Assembly (NCBI GenBank): GCA_951406725.2
Contig: OX597835.1
Coordinates: 11,098,001 to 11,162,000 of the forward strand
Length of the DNA stretch: 64,000 nucleotides
Direction of reading: 5' to 3'
Source of the DNA: Octopus vulgaris
Lineage: Eukaryota
The stretch's first letter is position 1. Each line of letters begins with the position of its first letter. A program made the position numbers and the translations under genes. Under the pieces are notes generated by a model. It saw only the letters and a program-made list of their open reading frames with translations, had not been told where the DNA came from and did no database searches. Shown here in pieces: positions 40,175-51,875 of this stretch.

Positions 40175-40388
40175 AAAATTATAAATAACGAGAGAAATAT
40201 ATTATGATAAAATTCATTTCACCATTGGAAACTTTTATTCAATGATAATTGTTTCGCAGCTTGATAAGCATCTGATAAACATCTATAAATGGTATACACT
40301 TGTTTATCAAACAATTGTCATTAAATAAGAATTTCCATTGGTAAAATAAATTTCATCATGGTATATTTTTCCCGTTATTTATAATTTT
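40175..40388. mobile_element. Older fold-back element with decayed hammerhead 3' halves
   Basis: Arms 40175-40256 and 40307-40388. GAAACAATTATC on minus and CAAACAATTGTC on plus. Confidence 0.6.
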
Positions 40389-40401
40389 GGCAGACTTTTT
40401 A

Positions 40402-40574
40402 GGCGCAGGAGTGGCTGTGTGGTAAGTAGCTTGCTTACCAACCACATGGTCCTGGGTTCAGTCCCACTGCGTGGCACCTTGGGCAAGTGTCATCTACTAT
40501 AGCCTCGGGCTGACCAAAGCCTTGTGAGTGGATTTGGTAGATGGAAACTGAAGGAAGCCCGTCGTATATATGTG

Positions 40575-40617
<43 letters not shown>

Positions 40618-40831
40618 TTTATTTAAAGCACAGAAAATTTAACAAAACCTGTTACTCTGAGTTTCATGATCCGTCGTCGGACAGTTTTGCTAGAAAAACT
40701 GTCCGACGTATGGAACGTGAAACTCAGAGTCAGTTTTGTTGAATTTTCTGCTGCTAATAAAGCATATTACTCAACCACTGGTATTTGAGTACTCTTTTTC
40801 CACCTTGTTTCACATTTATGTGTTTACTCCG

Positions 40832-40872
<41 letters not shown>

Positions 40873-41006
40873 ATATGTTTGTGTGTCTGTGTTTGTTCCC
40901 CCAACATCGCTTGACAACCGTTGGTGGTGTCTTTGCATCCCTGTAACTTAGCAGTTTGGCAAAGATACCGATAGAATAAATACGAGGCTTACAAAGAATA
41001 AGTCTT
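40402..41006 (+). mobile_element. SINE family A with a fold-back hammerhead element (40617-40835) in its TA tract
   Basis: SINE halves flank the insert. The insert is homologous to 60113-60330. Confidence 0.85.
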
Positions 41007-41639
41007 TGTAAGTATGATTACATAGTGAAGGAATCACCAAAACTCTACCAGTTTTCTGTAGGTTAACCTGACATATGAGTTCTGCCTTGTTGTACAGCAA
41101 CTGACAGGGATACCTCTACATGACCCTTCTCTCAGCTTGTAAGAAATAACAGCCAAAATTTCCTCAACACGTTCCTTTTGAAATAATAGAAGGGTCCCAT
41201 AGCTGTTATAGTCTTACAAATTCTTTCAAAATCAGAGTGGTTGACGCTGAAATGTTGACTCAGTCAAGGCTGACCCAGGGCTAAACAACACCAGATTGCT
41301 TTGGTTTTTGTTTCTTTTTTAATGGAACAAATTTTATTTCTTTATTTGGGGCTTTTGTTTTTCTTTGCAGGAGAAATTTGCAGGTTCAAATTCCAAGAGT
41401 CATGACACATCCATAGGTAGAGAGACGTCTTTAACGTTTACTTCTGTCAGCCATTGGACTGTGGCCAAGCTGGTGCACCATCTTGAAGTGGGTTTTAGTC
41501 GTAGAAATTGACCCCAGTACTTATGTCCTACATCTGACACCCATTCTTTCACTGGAACACTAAGTGATAGGAACATAAACAAACCATCACCAGTTGTCAA
41601 GTAGTGATGGTCAGGAACAAACTGGTATTGTGTCTGTTA

Positions 41640-41915
41640 CAACAGGGAGGGTTCCAGTTGATCTGAGTGATGGAACAGCTTGACCGGGAAATTATCATGT
41701 GAGTGGCTGAGCGCTCCTTAATGTAGTTCTTGGGGATATTTGGTGTGACACAAAATGTGATAAGATTGGCCCTTTGAAATACAGGTACAACTCATTTTTG
41801 CCAGCTGAATGGACTGGAGCAATGTGAAATAAAGTGTCTTGCTCAAGAACACAAGGTATCACCAAGAATTGAACTCATGGCCTTATGATTGTGAGCTGAA
41901 TATCCTAACCACTAG
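41640..41915 (-). mobile_element. SINE family D
   Basis: Match to 7580-7882. Confidence 0.75.
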
Positions 41916-42262
41916 GCCTCGACTGGCTTCCGTGCTGTGGCACGTAAAAAGCACCATCTGAATCGTGGCCGATGCCAGTGGCGCCTCGTCTGGCTTCCGT
42001 GCCGGTGGCATGTAAAATGCACCAATCCGACCGTGGCCGTTGCCAGCCTCGCCTGGCACCTGTGCAGGTGGCACGTAAAAAGCACCCACTACACTCACAG
42101 AATGGTTGGCATTAGGAAGGGCATCCAGCTGTTGAAACATTGCCAGATAAGACTGGAGCCTGGTGCAGCCTTCTGGCTTCCCAGATCCCCAGTCGAACCG
42201 TCCAACCCATGCTAGCATGGAGAACGGACGTTAAACGATGATGATGATGATGATGATGATGA
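41916..42262 (+). mobile_element. RTE 3' UTR fragment
   Basis: Ends GGACGTTAAACGATGATGATG. Confidence 0.85.
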
Positions 42263-42769
42263 TATATATATATATATATATATATCTTGAGGATAGACTG
42301 ACAGATCATGGGACAATTAGATTCACAGTAACAGCCTGTAGCAATGAATGTACATTAGCAATTCTTTACTCACCACTCACTGTTTCCAAATGAAATCTCT
42401 AAAGCTGCCTGCCACTCAGCCATTTTTAATCGTTGCAACAGAGGATGAGACTGAATGAATCCAAGATATCAAATGTAATGACATTATTCCTCAACATAAC
42501 TGTCATATCTGGCAGTCAGACAATGGAGAATTTGTTTCACACGGAATCAGAGTCTCTCCTCCGTCATGAAAATATTCTGTTTCGTGTTTCACACATCAAC
42601 ACCTTCAACTCTCACATTTCTTCATTGTATTTATTTTTCCCTTTTTCTTCATGTGTGTGTATGTGTGTGTGTGTGTCTAATATTATATTATGTTATGTTA
42701 TATGATATATATATATATATATATAAATATCTGCGCACTTATACATGCATTCTTATATTTATATGTGTG

Positions 42770-42843
<74 letters not shown>

Positions 42844-42864
42844 TAGATATATATATAGAGATAC

Positions 42865-42924
<60 letters not shown>

Positions 42925-42938
42925 GTATATAGATATAT

Positions 42939-42984
<46 letters not shown>

Positions 42985-43083
42985 GTATATATATATATAT
43001 GCATATATATATATGTATATATATATATGTATAATTAATTAATAAGGGTGAGAGAATTAGATACTAATTTAGTGGATTTCATC

Positions 43084-43179
43084 CAGATAGTTTTGGCTGA
43101 CGAGCTACAAGTGGATTTTTTTGTAAGTAAAATTACATTTAATTCATTAATAGCGAAACAATTGTCCCAAAATAATCTG
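43084..43179 (+). ncRNA. Type I hammerhead ribozyme candidate (best-formed long version)
   Basis: Stem I CAGATAGTTTTGG/CCAAAATAATCTG; CTGACGA 43097-43103; stem II GCTA/TAGC with a 43 nt loop; GAAA 43155-43158; palindromic stem III ACAATTGT; predicted GUC cleavage after 43166. It lies in a TA-flanked island (43030-43325). Confidence 0.8.
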
Positions 43180-43321
43180 TATTTTTGTTATTTTTTATTT
43201 GCCCTGTCCGTGTGAGCTAACAATCGTACTGACTTTCATGGGAAACATGTATTTTTGTGGTTGAAACCTTTTGGATTAACTGGTGCTAGAGTGAGCCATA
43301 TAGTGACCACTCTCTTATATT

Positions 43322-43397
<76 letters not shown>

Positions 43398-43629
43398 ATA
43401 TATGTGTAATACTGAAATGATTTTGTTGTGTCACCTGTGAACTGGAAGTCTGTATGCTCTGTTACTGTGTTTCAAAACTTCAAGGGCTGTTTACTGGCAA
43501 CATAACAATGTGACAATAACTGTAATACAGGATGGTAGTGGTAGTGGCGATGGTTAGTTCCTTCTCCTCCAGAGGGTACTACATAAGATGGATGTTGACT
43601 AAGCAGGCTCTATCTAGAAGTATACAAGT

Positions 43630-43783
43630 TGGAGTGGCTGTGTGGTAAGTAGCTTACTTACGAACCACATGGTTCTGGGTTCAGTCCCACTGTGTGGCAC
43701 CTTGGGCAAGTGTCTTCAACTATAGCCTCGGGCTGACCAAAGCCTTGTGAATGGATTTGGTAGATGGAAACTGCAAAGAAGCC

Positions 43784-43821
<38 letters not shown>

Positions 43822-44006
43822 GTCTGTGTTTGTGCCCCCACCATCGCTTGACAACTGATGCTGGTGTGTTTACGTCTCCATAACTTAGCGATAGAATAAA
43901 TACTCGGCTTACAAAGAATAAGTCCTGGGGCCAATTTATTCAGCTAACGGCAGTGTTCCATCATGACTGTAGTCAAATGACTGAAACAAAGAAAAGAATA
44001 AAAGAA
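43630..44006 (+). mobile_element. SINE family A
   Basis: Match. Confidence 0.85.
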
Positions 44007-44837
44007 TGATCTGTAAATAATTGACCCCTTATCATAACCAGTTGACCCCTACCATAACTACTTGACCCTGCCCTCCTTATGGTGGCTTTTTTGACAGATA
44101 CAGTACATTATCAAACGAAATGCTTTCACTTCCTGCACAGCACAATTCTGCAAGTAATGGCATCGGTCAGCATGTTTTGGAATTCACCATATTACAAGAA
44201 TCATATTTCTCATTACTATAGCTGTAAAGTTAATTAATTAACCATTCTGTTCTCAACACATTAGGTACGTTGGTGCCAGTGTTAATTAAAATTTCTTGGA
44301 TCACTGCACCAAATATGTCAGTTTCCATTTTATTTTAGCAGACACCATTCAGAAATGAATGGTTTATCTTAGAATATTGCAAACAGCATCGGTGAGAATT
44401 TCCTGAGAAATTCCATTTCAAAATTTAATTCTTTTTAAATTTTCATTTTTCTTGTAATTTTCTTTTTTGTTTTTTTTTTGTTTTTTTTCCAATGTAATTT
44501 TTTTTTTTTTTTTTTACCTGTTGGAATATGGAACTGCTGATTGGTAATGCTTAATCATCTTTCTTTCTGCATTGTTTGTTCTGAGGTTTTAAGCAGATAA
44601 TCTGTCTCAGCCATTGTTATCGGAGGTCACACTGACATTGTACTCTGATCGCTCTTTTCATTTTCATTTCCTCATTTCTGTGTGTTTGTGTGTGTTAATA
44701 GTAATGGTATGACAACAAAAGAATGAATGAGACCTCGATATTTGGTAAATAGAGGAATTTATCTGTAAATGTAATATGTGACAATTATTCGGTTGCCATG
44801 ATAAAACTCCGAGTTTCCGATGTCGAGACAGAAATAT

Positions 44838-44925
44838 AATAATAATAATAATGAAATTATTGTATACAGTGCTCAGGTGCACCACAACTTGTCAAAAGTG
44901 CATATAAAGTATATGCAGGAAGTAA
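44838..44925 (-). mobile_element. Extreme 3' end of the CR1-like LINE
   Basis: Homologous to 27680-27770, with an (ATT)n tail. Confidence 0.65.
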
Positions 44926-45149
44926 ATATATATATATTTACACATTTATGCATATGTGCATGTGTGTGTATTTACATGTGTGTGTGTGTGTGTGTGAAGG
45001 TGCATGGCTCAGTGATTTGAGTGTCAGGCTTACAATCATGATGTAGTGAGTTCAATTCCTGGACTGGGATGTGTGTTGTGTTCTTGAGCTCCAGAAGAGA
45101 CCCTACAGCCTACACCTATAATTATTTGTCCATTACATATAATACACAC

Positions 45150-45523
45150 ATACACGCACGTGCACGCTCACACACACACACACACACGCACACACGTGCA
45201 TGCTGCACACACACACACACACGCACACACGTGCATGCTCACACACACACGCACACACGTGCATGCTCACACACACACACACGCACACACGTGCATGCTC
45301 ACACACACACACGCACACACGTGCATGCTCACACACACACACACACACGTGCATGCTCACACACACACACACGTGCATGCTCACACACACACACGTGCAT
45401 GCTCACACACACACACACACGTGCATGCTCACACACACACACACACGTGCATGCTCACACACACACACACGTGCATGCTCACACACACACACACGCTCAC
45501 ACACACACACACACGCTCACACA

Positions 45524-45558
<35 letters not shown>
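45150..45558. repeat. CACGTGCATGCT(CA)n minisatellite
   Basis: About 12 units of 21-32 bp. Confidence 0.9.
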
Positions 45559-45560
<2 letters not shown>

Positions 45561-45561
<1 letters not shown>

Positions 45562-45652
45562 TTTATGTCCTTCGTGCCGGAGAGATGGGTAAAGAGATGC
45601 TCCGGTGGTTTGAAGAGTTAAAAGAGAAATCGAAATCACAAATTTATTTGAG
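45561..45652 (+). other. Candidate 92 nt exon
   Basis: CACAG|...TGAG|GTGAGT. Reads IYVLRAGEMGKEMLRWFEELKEKSKSQIYL. G-runs follow the donor. Confidence 0.3.
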
Positions 45653-45965
45653 GTGAGTGAGTTAAGTGGTGGTGGTGGTGGTGGGGCAGCTTTAGTGACG
45701 AGGGTGGGGGGTAGGGGGTGGGGAGGAGAGAAGTCTATGAAAATGTACTCCAGACTTTTTTCTGAGTAAAGTGAGAATATAAAAATCCAGCCTGAAGAGA
45801 AGACATTGATTGGAGACAGGAGTTGAGAGAATTGCATCTCTGAGAAGAATCGGAAGCGGAGGTGTGTCTAGGAAGTGACGGGTTGGATGTAGGTTTGAGT
45901 AAAGTCTATGGATTTTGGAGAAGAGGAAGAAAGATAATTGTCTTGAGGGCTTGTTTCTGATTTTA

Positions 45966-46136
45966 GGCGCAGGAGCGACTGTGTGGTAAGTAGCTTGCTT
46001 ACCAACCACATGGATCCGGGTTCAGTCCCACTGCATGGCATCTTGGGCAAGTGTCTTCTACTATAGCCTCGGGCCGACCAAAGCCTTGTGAGTGGATTTG
46101 GTAGATGGAAACTGAAAGAAGCCCGTCGTATATATG

Positions 46137-46172
<36 letters not shown>

Positions 46173-46395
46173 TGTGTGTGTGTATGTTTGTGTGTCTGTG
46201 TTTGTCCCCCAAGCATTGCTTGACAACCGATGCTGGTGTGTTTATGTCCCTGTCGCTTAGTGGTTTGGCAAAAGAGACCGATAGAATAAGTACTGGGTTT
46301 ACAAAGAATAAGTCCCGGTTCCGAGTTGCTCGACTAAAGGTGGTGCTCCAGCATGGCCGCAGTCAACTGATTGCAACAAGTAAAAGAGTAAAGAG
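45966..46395 (+). mobile_element. SINE family A
   Basis: Full-length match. Confidence 0.9.
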
Positions 46396-46429
46396 TATAC
46401 ACACACACATACACACATTTATATATTAT

Positions 46430-46806
46430 CTTCAGATGCTGGGCCTCACTAAGGAAATGACGAGGGACCGGGAGTTGTAGCGATTTGCTGTACTTGAGAA
46501 TATGTACCAAGCTAAGTAAAATCATTGTCATCCATACATTCGGGCTCGTCCTTTACAGGTGCCGGTACCACATAAAATACCCTCATTAAGGTGCTGTATA
46601 AATGTACCCATATTGGTGCCATGTAAAAAAAGCACCCGGAACAACTCTGTAAAATGGTTGGCATTAGGAAGGGCATCCAGCCATAGAAACCATGCCATAA
46701 CAGACCTGGAACCTGAGCAGCTCTTCTGCTGGTCAGCTCCTGCTAAACAGTCCAACCCATGCCAGCATCGGAAATGGACGTTAAATGATGGAGATGATGA
46801 TGATGA
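46430..46806 (+). mobile_element. 5'-truncated RTE LINE (ORF end plus 3' UTR)
   Basis: LQMLGLTKEMTRDREL*RFAVLE followed by the conserved 3' UTR and (GAT)n. Confidence 0.75.
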
Positions 46807-47189
46807 TACATTTACACCCCCACCCCCTCACACACATGCATATGTATTTTGAGTGTGTAATTACTTCATTACAAACTGCTGCTTGTTTCACTTTAGTTTA
46901 GAACAAATATAAAAGAAAGATTTGAAAGTGTTTCCAGATAATTCTCATTGAGATTGAAGAGAGAGTTTGATAAGTTTATAAACTGCAAATAGGAATTTCG
47001 TTTCACAAATTTCTGAAGACCTCATGTAGAATGTAAAAAAGTGAGAAGAGGAAGACAGAACCCAATGACTTCCTGATAACCTGTGCGCCCAACAAGACCA
47101 AACTTTAATTTGATATGGTTTAAATTGCCACATATTTCGTTTGTGAGAAATGAAAAAAGAGAAGATGAAAAGAATTGTTAGAAAGTGAT

Positions 47190-47258
47190 ATAAATAGATA
47201 GATAAGTAGATAGATAGATAGATAGGTATATAGATAGATAGATAGGTAGATAGGTAGG

Positions 47259-47296
<38 letters not shown>

Positions 47297-47297
47297 T

Positions 47298-47341
<44 letters not shown>

Positions 47342-47346
47342 GTAGG

Positions 47347-47397
<51 letters not shown>

Positions 47398-47487
47398 GTA
47401 GGTAGGTAGGTAGGTAGGTAGGTAGGTAGGTAGGTAGGTAGAGAGATAGGTAGGTAGGTAGGTAGGTAGGTAGGTAGGTAGGTAGGA
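47190..47487. repeat. (TAGA)n/(TAGG)n microsatellite
   Basis: Direct inspection. Confidence 0.95.
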
Positions 47488-47519
47488 TAGTTGGAGAGAA
47501 GGAGAGAGGGGAAAAGAGA

Positions 47520-47990
47520 GACTGTAGTAGAAAGAAGGGTGGCAGAGAAGAATATTCTCTTCTTCAAGTGGTTGCAACTGAGAAGTGTTTTGCAATGCCA
47601 TACCATGAATCTCTGTCTCCAGCATTATCTTTGGTAAGTCCTCAGTTCCATGTTCTGTGTCTCTGCCAATAGCATTAATGTTGTTCTTGTAATTGTGGTG
47701 TGTGGAGATTGTCCAGACTGTAACATTGAATATAGTCTTGTGCTTACCATGTTCATAGTTGCCTGTAAAGCCTTCTGTCTGTTGAGCAATAATAAAAGAG
47801 ATGGGTGGAATGTGTCCATAATCTCCTCTTCGGTCTTGCGGACTTGTGCCATTAGATATTTTGAAACCTCATGAGAAGCCTGTTGTATGTGCCATAAAAA
47901 TAGTCTTGAAACTCTGGGTTTTGGTTCCATGCTGATGAATTCTTTCTACATATGTCTGAAGAAGGCCAGCTGTATTCGCTTTGAAATATT
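47520..47990 (-). pseudogene. Probable L1/Tx1-like ORF2 C-terminal (zf-RVT-like) remnant
   Basis: RHM*KEFISMEPKPRVSRLFLWHIQQ...TEEE, then after frameshifts HLFYYCS and YWQRHR, resembling the W.....PPK...F.W...ET..HLF..C pattern. Confidence 0.4.
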
Positions 47991-48399
47991 TGAGAATTCT
48001 TACAAGAAATATAACCAATTCAGTTATTTCAGTATTGTTGCTTGTAGCTGATTCTGTTGTGAAATGGTGGAAAAGTTAAATCATTTTGAAAGCAAGTAAA
48101 ATTATGACAAAGTAGAGTTGTAATTTACCAATGGTTTTGTGTTTTTAGAATATTCAAATGAATAAAGTGGAGAAGAAGCAGTGGAATATTCTATGATAGA
48201 ATGAGAGAAAGAGAGAGAGATTTCTAATTGAAGAAGAATTCTATTGGTGAATAGTGTGCCAAAAAAATGAGAATGGATCAGAATGAGCCTTTAATAAAAA
48301 AGACCAGAAAGTTTTTGCACTTCACGAACCCACCTGCTGATTATAGAAGTGGAGTTTTTACAAAGTTCATTTGAAAGGAAAAATAATTTTCTGGTTCAA

Positions 48400-49260
48400 A
48401 TTGTGAATAGTTTGTTTTTTACATAAAAAACAAATCTATTGTGCATTGGAATTTGATGAAATGAAAAAATAATAATGAATAATGGCCAAAAAAGAAAATG
48501 ACTTTATAAATAAAAATTACAAAGTGCTTGAAATTAATGTGGAACAGATAGCTAGAGAAATATAAATGCTTTTTTTTGTTTAGGCTTATGAAAATGTTTC
48601 AGTTAAAACTAAGACATATACTATTGATTGCATGTAGCATATTTGTTGAAATGGTTGATAAATTCAGTGGAGTTTGCTGAAAAAATACTTGAATGAGATT
48701 TGAAGAAAAAATGATGAATGAATCTATATCTATAATTAGAACTTCGTTTAAAAGAAGAATGATACAAAGATGAAAATTAAATGGGTTACAAGAGGAGAAA
48801 AAGCCCCAACAAAAAAAAAAAAGAAAGGATTAAATATGAAATAAATAAATAAATAAATAAATACACATCATTATTCTAAAATACTGATAATTTTAGTTCG
48901 AGTCGAAATATATTTAGGAAAAGAAAAACCATTAGTTAAAACGTTTTAAATTTAGTTTCCTTTATGAAATTTTTGAAAAAAAATTCTACAAGAATATTGG
49001 TATGTAATTTTAGAAAAAATAAAATTTGATAAAATGATAAAAAGGAGAAAATATAGTGACAGTTTATGGCTAAAGGGGACAAATATCGGATTCCAATTTA
49101 GGTGTTGATAACTTCAAAGATAATGATAGAAAGAACTGGTAAAAATTGGGTTATACAGAGAATTGGTGTTAAACTATTTCAGAAGATTTAATGTTGAGAT
49201 ACTGGTGGAAAGAGTGTTGGAGGAAATCCTGTTTTAAAATATTTAAAAATTTATTAAAAA
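48400..49260 (+). pseudogene. Probable heavily decayed L1/Tx1-like ORF2 (endonuclease-RT linker and RT start)
   Basis: Across frameshifts: KIKWVTRGEKAPTK, FYK/EYWYVI, ENW..TIS and FNVEILVERVL, in the expected order. Confidence 0.35.
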
Positions 49261-49603
49261 TCTAATATTAACTCTAAAGTTAACTTGTCCTCATATATTT
49301 AACACTTAAGTCATCCTCATAGAATCTTTAGTGCTAAGTTTCCACGACTAAAACTTCTCCTCTAGTTCTGATAGTGACTCAGCTATTAGAGCAAGGTCAT
49401 GTCATCAGCGTAGAGAAACTCCCAGGGGCATCCTGCCTTGAATTCCTCTGTTATCGTCTGAAGGACTATGATTAATTAGAGGGTGGCTGAGGATTGCTCC
49501 TTGGTGGGCCCATAACTGGAATTCTTCACTATACTCGTTGCCAACCCTTACCTTACTGACAGCATCCCTGTTCATGGCTTGTACAGCTCTCACTAACCAC
49601 TCA

Positions 49604-50402
49604 TCTCTCTATATATAAACGGCAGTTTGTCTGTCTGTGTGTCTGTCAGGTTGTACCCTCACCCTGACCATGGCTTTCAACCGATTCTGATGAAACTTGA
49701 CACACACATAGCCCAATGTCATAATTCAAAACTAACGCAGCGAAAATTTTGAAAAGTTCCCCCAGTTCTGAAAAAAAATCGATAAATTCGACATGGGTCG
49801 AGAATCTAAGCTTTTTATATGCAACACATTTTCTACAGACTGTCTAGGGGACGCAACTCGACCTTTTTAACTCTCGGAACACATGGGGTAAGTATCCCAA
49901 AATGTATAAAAATGTACAAAAACGGCAAAAAAGTGGGCAGCAATGTGAGTGACAACAATGAAAAAGTCAAAAGTGACCAAACTGAACAAACAAATGGAAA
50001 AGGTTTTTTGATGCACACGACAAAAGCGGTTTATAATAAACCAAGAGTTTGCAAGTAGCATCCGAGGACCCTTAGGGTACGTCAAAAATTTAAGGTAAAA
50101 CGTTTGGGGTGGTAGTTATAAAGAAAGTGTAAACAAAAAAAGTATTCGAATAACTTGCAGCTGCAGCAGCTATTAGCAGAAGTTGCGGTGTTAGGGGTAA
50201 AGTCTCGAATGTAATTTCTTCCTGGTAGGAATTGGTTGCGTTGAATTATCGATAGCTGTTTGATAGTTATTTGGGAGTGAAGAGAAGACATTGCAACCTA
50301 CACATGCGCCTTCGTTCCCTAGAGGGAAAGGACTAGATTGGGATTAGTCGTTGCCTACTAGGGGCTCTTACATACCCGGGCAACGCCGGGCTATGCTGCT
50401 AG
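49604..50402 (+). mobile_element. Non-autonomous Helitron (799 bp)
   Basis: 5' TC, 3' CTAG, subterminal hairpin CCCGG-GCAACG-CCGGG at 50375-50390, inserted between A (49603) and T (50403) with no TSD. Removing it restores the RTE frame (KLRIDEWLV). Confidence 0.92.
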
Positions 50403-50682
50403 TCTATCCTTAGTTTCCACATTGACCACCTGATAAGGAATTAGGGGACCCTGCCAGAGGCTTTCTAAATGTCAACAAAAGCCAAGTAGAGATGTTTATC
50501 TTTGGCTAGGTATTTTTCCTGCAGCTGTCTTACCAGAAATATAGCATCAGTGGTGCTTCTCCCTGGCACAAACCCAGACTGAATCTCATCTAAACTAACT
50601 CTCTCCTTAATTAGTTATGCTATGATCCTCTCCATGACTTTCATCACCTGATCCAATAATTTGATACCTCTGTAATTATTCA

Positions 50683-50781
50683 TATCCTTTAAGGCCCTCA
50701 TGCTTTCCGAAATCCGCCGAAACTACACCTGATTATATATACACTTTGGATGAGTTGTAGTGCACCTGAGCACTGTACACA

Positions 50782-50832
<51 letters not shown>
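50683..50832 (+). mobile_element. 3' end of the CR1-like LINE with an (ATT)n tail, inserted in the RTE
   Basis: GTGCACCTGAGCACTGTACACAA(TTA)n matches the 3' end of the 27680 element. Confidence 0.75.
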
Positions 50833-50836
<4 letters not shown>

Positions 50837-51239
50837 CTAATGCAACACCTTTACCTTAGTAGCAATTAACTATGGTGCTGCTACACCAGTCATTGGATAT
50901 GACTCCTTCATGTATCACTTAATTGACTATACTGGTGACTAGACTATAGCCTACACTACCAGATATTTTGAGCATCTCTGTGGTGATTCCTGATGGACCG
51001 GGGGCTTTCCCTGTCTTCATACCCTCAGCTGAGTGGGGAGTAATATTGAGGGAAGAGATAAATTAGTTGCCAAATGGCATCACTGATTATGGATAGAGAG
51101 TTCTATATTTAAGAGATGAGGAATTGTGTACATTATTTACATTATTTACATTTGACAGATAACCACTACACCATATGCCCATGGACTGCTAACCACAAGA
51201 TTCTGAGTTTGATTCTACTGCTACTACTACTACTACTAA

Positions 51240-51311
<72 letters not shown>

Positions 51312-51331
51312 GAAGAAGAAGAAGAAGAATA

Positions 51332-51535
51332 CTCTTTTACTTGTTTCAGTCATTTGACTGTGGCCATGCTGGAGCACTGCCTTTAGTCGAGGAAACCGAC
51401 CCCAAGGCTTATTCTTTGTAAGCCTAGTACTTATTCTATCAGTCTCTTTTGCCATACCACTAAGTTACAGGTCCGTAAACACACCAGCACTGGTTGTCAA
51501 GCGATGTTTTGGGGGAAAAACACAGACACACAAAC

Positions 51536-51594
<59 letters not shown>

Positions 51595-51760
51595 TACAAC
51601 GGTCTTCTTTCAGTTTCTGTCTGCCAAATCCACTCACAAGGCTTAGGTCGGCCCGAGGCTATAGTAGAAGACATTTGCCCAAGGTGCCATGCAGTGGGAC
51701 TGAACCCAGAACCATGTGGTTGGTAAGCAAGCTACTAACCACATAGTCACTTCTGCACCT
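51332..51760 (-). mobile_element. SINE family A
   Basis: Full-length reverse match. Confidence 0.9.
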
Positions 51761-51829
51761 AATAACAATAATAATAATAACATTGAGAAATATCTTAGGA
51801 ATGAAAACCCAGGTTCGAAATTTCCCCAA

Positions 51830-51875
51830 GACACCTGATGAAGGCTGGAGGGTATATCAGCCGAAACGTTGTGTT
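51830..51875 (+). ncRNA. Minimal type I hammerhead ribozyme (Penelope-type)
   Basis: GACAC CTGATGA A GGCTG-GAGGGTATAT-CAGCC GAAA CG TT GTGTT. Stem III is reduced to the palindrome ACGT. Confidence 0.75.

Larger units (their letters stand above)
49300..51025 (-). pseudogene. RTE-clade LINE reverse transcriptase, interrupted twice
   Basis: MKTGKAPGPSGIT, NYRGIKLLDQVMKV, QSGFVPGRSTTDAIF, LAFVDI*KA, HQGAILS and YADD (49401-49412). Confidence 0.92.

Noticed and set aside
41358-41400. Strong splice acceptor TTTTCTTTGCAG
   Set aside because: No convincing donor or open frame follows, and the sequence runs into a SINE remnant.
47625-47930. 101 aa ORF as a gene or endogenous viral ORF
   Set aside because: No splice or viral hallmark was seen. 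It is better explained as a frameshifted LINE C-terminal remnant, pending a search.
47950-47995. CTGAAGA...GAAATATT as a hammerhead
   Set aside because: There is no stem I pairing.
49687-49700. CTGATGAAAC as a hammerhead
   Set aside because: There is no stem II or stem I. It is part of the Helitron 5' region.
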